From positions 393 to 64,392 of the forward strand of contig DJCU01000008.1 of assembly GCA_002430725.1 (NCBI GenBank): a stretch of DNA of 64,000 nucleotides, read 5' to 3'. A model generated the notes under the pieces. The model had not been told where the DNA came from. It searched no databases and worked only from the letters and a program-made list of their open reading frames with translations. Shown here in pieces: positions 57,601 through 64,000 of the stretch. The stretch is from Candidatus Gottesmanbacteria bacterium UBA5942. Its GTDB lineage: Bacteria; Patescibacteriota; Microgenomatia; UBA10105; UBA927. Each line of letters opens with the position of its first letter. The stretch's first letter is position 1. The translations under genes and the position numbers were made by a program.

Positions 57601-60600
57601 TCTCCTCCGTTCAAGCGAATAAAGAATGCATTGCCCGCAGCGGTGTAATCAGCTTTTGCCACAATACTATTGTGATCTGAGGCGCTCGGAAGCGTATCGG
57701 GATTGATCCAGACTGATATGGTTCCTTGCGTTGCCCCATCAAGGATTGTGACATCTCCGATATCGACCACGTCGTCCGTCCCGTCAAAATTTCGTGCGGT
57801 TTTTACCGCTCCTTTACCACTCGTTGTGCCGGTTGGAGTCCCATGATTGGCATTGGTACTCAGATCATGGATGTACGCCCCAGTCCCATCCGTTTCATCC
57901 ATCGGCCAGTAGCCTACCGTTGCCGCATCGATGGGGAGCTGACCGGTTTGTATTTTCTGTGCGGCTGTTCCCTCTGTTTTTATCACCGTATCCGTTGATG
58001 GGTGCATCGTATTTGGGTTGGTAGAACCGGCAAGATATTTTTCCCGGATAGTATTTGCCGATAGCGCTGTATCATATATCCTCACTTCATCAATAGAGCC
58101 ACCAAAATAGTTGCCGCGTCCCACCGGACCGACATATGGCGGACAGGCGCCGATATCGAGTTCACCATTGGGAGCAATTTGCGTGCCGGTAATTGTCCCC
58201 GATGCATGGAATTCACCATCAAGATAGGTTGAAACTGTTGTTCCCAATATCGTCATAACACCATGATGCCATTGGTTGTCGGTAACAACGCTGGTGCTTA
58301 CTGGTGCTATGTTGGAAGTTGTGTTGTAGTATTGGCCAACAAACTTTCCATTGGTATCCACACCGATCGAATACAGGGCTCTCGTGCCAGTTGCCGTATC
58401 TTTCCGCACAAGACATTGAAATGCAGATGGTATTGCCGCGATTTTAAACCACGCCTCTACGGTAAGCGGGTCGGCAAGCTGGAGCGATGCATCATCTGCA
58501 ACACTTATGTAACTGCTCGTACCGTTGAATTGTCGTCCGTTGCCAAAAGCGCCATCGGTAATTATTGCGTTGCTTGCAGCTCCATCGTTTACTCCCGTTT
58601 GGTCGCAAGTGTCGTTGGTGCCGCCAGTGCAGGTATTGTCGGCAGTTTCATCCATTGGCCAGTAGGAGACAAGATTGGCTTCTGCAGTGTCAGAAAGATA
58701 CGTGCTGTCGTAGGCGTTGATTGCTGTCTCTCCGGTAATTGGTCGCCATGCTTCCCAGCTGCCGTCATCAGGGGAGCTGTCGGCACCCACCCGGGTTTGC
58801 AGCTCGACATTGCCGGCGTTGTAGTTAGAAAGGATTTCAGATGCCGTAAGAGCGCGTGCGTACACCGACACTGCATCAATCGTTCCGTTCCAATAGAGGC
58901 TCGACCCTCTATTGCCGATATAAAATGGGCCGGTTGAATCGGTTACCTGAGTACCTGTTTTGGTTGTTGATGAGCCCGATAATACGCCATCAACATAAAG
59001 ACTGATAGTTGTGCCGTCATACGTTCCCGTTAGATAATGCCACAGACCGTCATTAACCGGTTTATTACTTTGGGCAACCATATACCCGGTATCCGAAGTG
59101 TTAAGGAGGATAAAGTTTGCGTATCCGGCAACATTAAGCCCCGTTTCAAAGCTATATGAATACTGTCCTGTCGCAGCACCTTTCGCAAGGATCATTTGCC
59201 GTGCAGTATTAGTTGTTTTGACCCACGCGCTGACAGACCAATTTCGTGATCCTATATCCAAATTACTTGTTCCTCCGCATGTTCCGTCTGCGCAGGTTAT
59301 ATAATCTGAAGAGCCGTTAAACATCACTGCTCCCGCTCCCCATCGTTTATTGGCTGCAGTCCAACCTGATCCTGCTGCGGCATCCTGGCTTCCTGTTTCA
59401 CTGAAGCCGGTGAGTGTCCCATCGCACGATGCTCCGCAGGAGCCTGCCGCGTTGTCTGCAGTCGTTCCGCTTGTTTCATTGAAATTCCACTGGGCAACAA
59501 GGCTCGTTGTATCATTGAGCGTTTCACCATCACCGGTGGCGACACCCAGCTCATTCCAAGAGAATGAATTCCATTGCATAAGGGTTGACGTGCCACTGGT
59601 GAGATCAATGACATCAGACGTGTAGGTGCTATATGGTCGTCTACTTGCTGCGAGCATAATTTCTTCGGGCGACTTGGCCACTCCGCTTATGCGGATTTCA
59701 TCAATTTCTCCGTCAAACCAGTTGCCAAGCGTCCCGTTACAGGTTGTATCAGCGTCCGTACCAATGAGTAATCCGCACGTACTGAAGCTCATGGGTGCCG
59801 CATCATTTCCTACGACCGTATCAACAATGCCATTGATGTAGAGTAATATGACGGAGCCTGATCGTGTTACCGCAATATGTTGCCAGTCTGTGGTAATTGT
59901 GCGAGTTGATGCAAGCCGGACGAGGGCGTTGGTTGCAACGTTGATGACGTTGGATGTGATATGAATATAGAGTTCGTTACCTCCACTGCCGTCTGTTGCC
60001 ATGAAGATCATCTCGTCCGTTGTCGTGTCAGGCTTGACCCAGGCTTCGTAGGTAAAGTCGCCTGTGGGAAGCGATGGGCTGCTTACCTCGATGTAATCAC
60101 TTGTGCCATTAAATGTGCGCGATGCTGATCCCACTTTCGGAGTGCTGGTGTCGATGGTTGTGCCGGTTGCCACTCCGTGGCGTCCGTTGCCGCTTGTATC
60201 ACACATGTCTTGACCTCCAGAGCAACTATTGTCAGCCGATTCATCAAGGTGCCAAAGCGCAATAGTATTGCTGTCTGCAACGTGCGGTTGGTTGGGGGTT
60301 TCTAAAACAGGTGACGACCCTGAACCTGTGTCTTTTAGTCTGTTCATTTGTCCGGTCGCAAATTCGCTCGATGTATCGTGGACAACCGTGGGGTCTATGG
60401 TAATGGGGTACGCTCGTGCAGGATCAGATAGCCATGATGGATCCATGTCGAGCACGAGCATATAGGAGCGCTCCGCTATTCCTGATCCTGCTGGTTTTGT
60501 GACAGGTCCGAGAAGTTGTTGTGATATATAAGTATACTTATTTATATCTTTTGATATTTTTTTGTAGGCACTCGCATTGTCTGTCAGGCGGTATCTGATG

Positions 60601-61181
60601 TTTCGCGTAACCGCGCCATTTGCGTCTACAGCGAATGGCTGCATGACATGAAATTGATACTCTCCATGTTGATCGACAAACACGATTTGTCCTTCTGGAG
60701 TGACAACTGGTCGTGCGTTGGTGACCGACAGCGTAGAAAGAAACGTATTTCTCCCTTGAGGTTTACTGAGGATAATTTCTTCTTTGATACCGTTTGGAAG
60801 TGATTGGTATCGTATACCTAACCCTTCTTCTGTGGTGTAGTTTACTTCTTTCGCATTATGTTTTGTGTCCGCAGCGGTAACTGCCATAGCAAATGTTGCT
60901 TTTGATACTCCTCGAGATACTGAAAGAGAGACTGCTTGTTTTTTCGCTTCCAGCTGGGTGGTAAGACCTTCGTTGTGCCGGATAGTAAATTGATCAGAGA
61001 GTAACGATTTTTTTACGACCGAGTTGGGAGAATGAGTGAATGACCGGATAAAGGGAAAAGCCACGAGTGGGATTGCGATAACAGCGATGATATATACCAA
61101 CACATGACGTTTTGTCATCATGTGCTTCACCCATTTAAGCATTTTTACTGATGTGTGGCGTATATGATGTGAATGTTTCAT
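54612..61181 (-). CDS. Large surface protein with five LamG (concanavalin A-like) domains and two C-terminal FnIII/Ig-like domains
   Basis: N-terminal TM; RAYPITIDPTV; five units beginning ALWHLDE, AQWNFNE, SYWPMDE, GYWPMDE, ALWHLDE and ending G.IDE(V/I)R-type motifs; C-terminal TTYYVR and TTYYWR repeats. Confidence 0.9.
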   Translation of the reverse strand: MKHSHHIRHTSVKMLKWVKHMMTKRHVLVYIIAVIAIPLVAFPFIRSFTHSPNSVVKKSLLSDQFTIRHNEGLTTQLEAKKQAVSLSVSRGVSKATFAMAVTAADTKHNAKEVNYTTEEGLGIRYQSLPNGIKEEIILSKPQGRNTFLSTLSVTNARPVVTPEGQIVFVDQHGEYQFHVMQPFAVDANGAVTRNIRYRLTDNASAYKKISKDINKYTYISQQLLGPVTKPAGSGIAERSYMLVLDMDPSWLSDPARAYPITIDPTVVHDTSSEFATGQMNRLKDTGSGSSPVLETPNQPHVADSNTIALWHLDESADNSCSGGQDMCDTSGNGRHGVATGTTIDTSTPKVGSASRTFNGTSDYIEVSSPSLPTGDFTYEAWVKPDTTTDEMIFMATDGSGGNELYIHITSNVINVATNALVRLASTRTITTDWQHIAVTRSGSVILLYINGIVDTVVGNDAAPMSFSTCGLLIGTDADTTCNGTLGNWFDGEIDEIRISGVAKSPEEIMLAASRRPYSTYTSDVIDLTSGTSTLMQWNSFSWNELGVATGDGETLNDTTSLVAQWNFNETSGTTADNAAGSCGASCDGTLTGFSETGSQDAAAGSGWTAANKRWGAGAVMFNGSSDYITCADGTCGGTSNLDIGSRNWSVSAWVKTTNTARQMILAKGAATGQYSYSFETGLNVAGYANFILLNTSDTGYMVAQSNKPVNDGLWHYLTGTYDGTTISLYVDGVLSGSSTTKTGTQVTDSTGPFYIGNRGSSLYWNGTIDAVSVYARALTASEILSNYNAGNVELQTRVGADSSPDDGSWEAWRPITGETAINAYDSTYLSDTAEANLVSYWPMDETADNTCTGGTNDTCDQTGVNDGAASNAIITDGAFGNGRQFNGTSSYISVADDASLQLADPLTVEAWFKIAAIPSAFQCLVRKDTATGTRALYSIGVDTNGKFVGQYYNTTSNIAPVSTSVVTDNQWHHGVMTILGTTVSTYLDGEFHASGTITGTQIAPNGELDIGACPPYVGPVGRGNYFGGSIDEVRIYDTALSANTIREKYLAGSTNPNTMHPSTDTVIKTEGTAAQKIQTGQLPIDAATVGYWPMDETDGTGAYIHDLSTNANHGTPTGTTSGKGAVKTARNFDGTDDVVDIGDVTILDGATQGTISVWINPDTLPSASDHNSIVAKADYTAAGNAFFIRLNGGEGIRFAVRDASNNQISCDAGFLPNAGTWTHIYATFDTSDTCYLYVNGRLEGQFASTSFTNVQNTTTTLKIGASNYASELFFDGRIDEVVIRNVAGTALEAAEAYRAGRDHTISTTLSSTDLSTKTSLPFAIAADKPGTYMSATMGESGFANYQPDNNTVALWHLDEQHPIADDTFPGTTINAQKWAETDPNANKIAQNNGIVLTAGAAAAWDSAIVSQARYTRTIGQTIYARFLTGASVAAPNHMMIGFATDTTATPSYTNINHALYFNAGSFYVYQNGAQTGGPYGSGYAANTRYEIKITLTTANTASYSIRGGAYTNWTTLLAADSSVSNTPMRVQVAQYQHTGTFEEISVIPAYSLQDATGNNRNAITVGVTHTAGKIGGAKAFNGAYDSINLGSITQVDNLTDMTADAWVYPTAQAASTHYRVFSKQHVLYVGQYGAQVSFYIGSGAAWTISDVTGGALPLNQWSHVAWVKSGTSYYIYINGVLVKSGTGAPATMATNSNTTYIGTYDGISQNWSGNIDEVRLSNVARSADEIRQAYEAGLRTHPITIDFAALLDSGNLIADSDDTSFTVDATSYGLTSKGSGLYLGDKVIVRENYDGTEYIAQGTVTAMTTSTGATTVASWDTGSTFPSGGFTANASVFKWQREYWNITEPLVSHLNATTLMTLRLTDNTEGRTIWIDDLRSAGDYLTTPGNSTITSSTGNRYFQYRAILHSSDEAVSSQLTSVTLDYRTNVAPSVPTTILTEGATNPTGVIDTTPEFSAIYVDTDSGDIANKYRIQVDDNSNFSSVLWDSGASGTSITDCTAGNRCADISYAGSALSQGTTYYVRFAFWDDDNTEGEWSSETASFTMNAAQAAPTLDSPTDEATNRTLTLNLKTTGTDADGDYLRYKIELCTNVGMTANCQTFDQTSSQTGWSGQNTQTSTAYTSGTQATYTIQTPLTVSTTYYWRSYSIDPAGTNTWSPTQGTPFSFTTTDGTTNFNLEGINLEGININ

Positions 61182-61182
61182 A

Positions 61183-63999
61183 TTAGTTAATAATCCACCA
61201 GTTAAAGTTTATAGGTGTTGTGAGCGCAGTGTCTATGGCGACAATAAACCCAACCCCTGGCAGTTTTTCTTTGACATACAATACCTGATTGCCAGTGCTT
61301 GAAAGTGGGGTGAGGTAGACGAGCGAGTCAGCTGCAACCTGACTTGAAAGTACGGTGACCTCGCTGAAATTGGCCGGAAGTATGTTCGAGCCAACTGTGT
61401 TGGTCGGTATCGCAGACTCACTTGATGAAGTAGTGGTGTCGAGGCTGATATTAAGTTTATTTACCGTTGCTGATCCGGATGCGATGAGGCTATTTGCAGC
61501 AACACTCCCTGCAAATGTCGCGCTGCCTGAAGCATCGATGACAGCAACGGTTTCGTTGTTTACTCCTTTGATGACCAGATCAGCAAAGCTGGATGAGGGG
61601 GTAGCCTGTTCTTCCAAGAATGGGTTGGGGATTTCGTTACTCAGGTTAATTGTCAGATCGCCTCCAGTTACTGGAGAAATAGTGCCGATTCCTAATACAC
61701 CGCCAACGGTGGTATCACCTGAGACTGCGAGGTTGCCCCGCATAAATATGCGGTTGTAGATATCGACAAGGATAGTGCCATTGAGGATATCAACATTTGC
61801 CAGTTTGTTTTTCTGGATATAGAGGGTTTCGCCAATTGTTTCGATAACGTTTTCTGCAAATCGTATGATGCCGTCAATTAAGAGCGAGCCGGTGATTGCG
61901 GTACTTGAAAGTAATGTGTCTCCGAGGACAAATAAGTCAGTATTGACGGTCACATTTCCGTCATTAACGATTACTGCATTCCCAAGGGAAGGTGATGAGG
62001 ATGGCGGGGGAGTTAGTTGACCTGATGATGTACCAAGGGTTGAGAGTGAGTTCTCAAGTGACTGGAAGCGAGTATCGAGATCGCCAAAGCTCGTGACAAT
62101 GCGATCAGCAAATAGTTGACCAGCAATCGTTGCATCCTGCGTGGTGATAGTGTCGCTGGTAAGATCACCGGTAATAGTTGCGTCTCCTGTGACATCGATG
62201 TTTTCTGCGGTAAGCGTGCCAGATAGTGTTGCGTTTCCGAGGGCATCGAAGGAGGTTACCACTTCATTGGTTTGAGTATTTTGTATTGTTACTTCTTGTG
62301 ACTCGTTAAGGTCAAAGCTAATCGTACCCGACTCCGTTGCGATTGGCGAAATACTATTTGTCCGTAATGAGGTAATGTCAGCTACCGGTGAGGTGATTGA
62401 TTCTGTCACGACGACCCGACCAAAGAGACCGTTTATGCTTTGAATAAGCCCTGTCTGTAGGTTGGCAATCATGAGGCGTGCAAATGCAGCAGAGTCCTCA
62501 ATGATTTCGTTTGATATAGAATTATGTATTCTGTAAGCTGATGCCGATGCATCAATTGGTTCAATAGCAAGATCAGCAAGCGGATCGATAATTTCGGCAT
62601 CTGGGCCTGATGACGACCACCAGCCATTATCATAATCCACGATAAATCCATCCGGGTCATCATTAGATCGGGTAGTAGACCAGTTTTCCCAGTCATAGCG
62701 GGGAGCAGTGAGACGGTATGAAACCTCTGATGGTCGAGATGTATAGATAGATAGCTTGAGTGTATTTCGATCAAATCCATACCATGCTCTCGTGTTGCTG
62801 CTCGGCGAGAGCAGGACGACAAACTGGTCTGCATTTCTTTTAAGATCTGTAGTGCGTGAGAACAACCAGAGATCGGTGCCTTCTGGTTCAGTGGTAAAGT
62901 CGATAACTGCGCGGTAGCCAACACCGGCAACATAATCATTGGTGGTAATTGTGCCGGTTGTTTCTTCTTTAACACCGGTCATGCCCGCAAGATAGGTGGC
63001 GTAGTTGTTGCCATTTATTGTATATGGAGGATCGTACGTACCTGCATTAATACGTCCAGTACAGGTGCTACCGTCTACGCTTATACAGACTTCTGCGCTG
63101 TCACCTGCGCTGCGATCACCATTTCCGAGAATAATGAGGCCGGTGCCCGCACCTATGGTGATGTTGTTGTTACCATTTGACGTGATGCTAAATGCTCCGT
63201 CACTAATGATATTCCCGTCTACCATGATGGATGTCGTACCATTTGCCGGGTCTATATAGTACGTTCCTGCAGCGTTTCCGAGGTCAACAAACCGTTCACC
63301 AGTGACGTCACCGTCATTTTCTACTCTGAATTTGGTAACACCTGAAGCAGATGCAGAAATAATATCTTGGTTTTCGAATTGGTCAAATATGGCAGCTGCG
63401 CGACCAGTCGTGTAGAGCGAGGGGAGCGGGTTTGATATAACATGGAGCTTCGCAACCGGTGTGACTTGATTGCCAATGCCGATGTTCCCGTTTCCTAACA
63501 TGGTAAAGCTTGGTGTGTCATCGTTGTTGGCAATTTGAAATACCGTTTCGGCATTAGTACCGCCTTGGGTAGAATCCACATCGAGGTCGCCAATACTTGT
63601 TCCATTTGCCTTGCCTCCAATTATTTTGATTGCTGGAGTTGAGTTTGCGGGAGTGGTCGAGCCGATTACACCACGAATACTTAATGCCTGTGCATCACTT
63701 TCGGTAATAGCAGTAAGCTGCGCACCTCCGGCGCTTGACGACAGGGGAGCAACATGGAGAATGACGTCTGTTTGTGCAAGCGTTGTTAATCCATGGGCTA
63801 TGTCTCCATCTGAAAGTGCAAATGACGGATCGCTAGAGGCGGCTGACGAAATCTCAATGTCATAGTCGGGTGTCGCATCGTTGACACCAAAATTTCCTAC
63901 AATATCTATATTAGTGATATCCGTAAGACTATCGGCGGAGAAGTCAACGATGTCAGAGGCGGCGTCTATCGTGATATCTCCTGTGGTATTAGAGATAAC
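61183..63999 (-). CDS. Large tail-fibre-like beta-rich surface protein, 5'-partial
   Basis: Frame is open to the window edge (translated by hand: VISNTTGDITIDAAS...). GNFGVNDATP and GNIGIGNQVTPVAKLHV fibre repeats, GNATLSGTL/GSATFAG repeats, C-terminal ...YLTP...F...FNWWIIN domain. Confidence 0.8.
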   Translation of the reverse strand, partial: VISNTTGDITIDAASDIVDFSADSLTDITNIDIVGNFGVNDATPDYDIEISSAASSDPSFALSDGDIAHGLTTLAQTDVILHVAPLSSSAGGAQLTAITESDAQALSIRGVIGSTTPANSTPAIKIIGGKANGTSIGDLDVDSTQGGTNAETVFQIANNDDTPSFTMLGNGNIGIGNQVTPVAKLHVISNPLPSLYTTGRAAAIFDQFENQDIISASASGVTKFRVENDGDVTGERFVDLGNAAGTYYIDPANGTTSIMVDGNIISDGAFSITSNGNNNITIGAGTGLIILGNGDRSAGDSAEVCISVDGSTCTGRINAGTYDPPYTINGNNYATYLAGMTGVKEETTGTITTNDYVAGVGYRAVIDFTTEPEGTDLWLFSRTTDLKRNADQFVVLLSPSSNTRAWYGFDRNTLKLSIYTSRPSEVSYRLTAPRYDWENWSTTRSNDDPDGFIVDYDNGWWSSSGPDAEIIDPLADLAIEPIDASASAYRIHNSISNEIIEDSAAFARLMIANLQTGLIQSINGLFGRVVVTESITSPVADITSLRTNSISPIATESGTISFDLNESQEVTIQNTQTNEVVTSFDALGNATLSGTLTAENIDVTGDATITGDLTSDTITTQDATIAGQLFADRIVTSFGDLDTRFQSLENSLSTLGTSSGQLTPPPSSSPSLGNAVIVNDGNVTVNTDLFVLGDTLLSSTAITGSLLIDGIIRFAENVIETIGETLYIQKNKLANVDILNGTILVDIYNRIFMRGNLAVSGDTTVGGVLGIGTISPVTGGDLTINLSNEIPNPFLEEQATPSSSFADLVIKGVNNETVAVIDASGSATFAGSVAANSLIASGSATVNKLNISLDTTTSSSESAIPTNTVGSNILPANFSEVTVLSSQVAADSLVYLTPLSSTGNQVLYVKEKLPGVGFIVAIDTALTTPINFNWWIIN

Positions 64000-64000
64000 A

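Noticed and set aside
54612-63999. Prophage tail region
   Set aside because: No capsid, terminase, portal, integrase or baseplate genes; the LamG protein and its neighbours have TM anchors or signal peptides.
1-64000. Alternative genetic code (TGA=Gly, code 25)
   Set aside because: Very long ORFs are intact under code 11, and TGA ends genes at sensible places, including ATGA overlaps.

Overview
Gene-dense bacterial window, read with standard code 11. Gene content and style suggest a Patescibacteria/CPR (Microgenomates-like) genome; this is inference. Four blocks. (1) 3-12740: one giant ORF (>4245 aa, open past the left edge). It fuses a divergent but near-complete SecA motor to a string of enzyme-like modules: GNAT, two degenerate GGDEF-like domains, FHA-like domains, a membrane-adjacent HEXXH peptidase and a PP2C phosphatase. 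It ends in a TM/poly-Pro/Cys-rich region and a second HEXXH zincin. Three recurring Cys-bracketed [VA]-[YF]-A-[QA] motifs punctuate it, and a 56-bp near-identical direct repeat lies on either side of one module. This is the best candidate for an undescribed self-translocating, processed multi-effector system. (2) 12.7-51 kb: a large surface-glycosylation region with about 9 GT-C-type membrane glycosyltransferases, 5 GT2, 2 GT4, an Alg13/Alg14-like pair, 2 O-antigen-ligase-like proteins, 2 DegT aminotransferases, an RmlC-like epimerase, acetyl- and methyltransferases, a deacetylase and a radical SAM/SPASM enzyme, with interspersed orphans and an LRR protein. (3) Three type IV pilin/pseudopilin genes. 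(4) Secreted surface proteins, including a 2189-aa protein with five nested LamG domains and a tail-fibre-like protein running off the right edge. Many genes have a -10 box only 6-9 nt before the start codon, consistent with leaderless mRNAs. I saw no rRNA, tRNA, CRISPR array or transposase. All domain calls come from motif recognition by eye, not from database searches.
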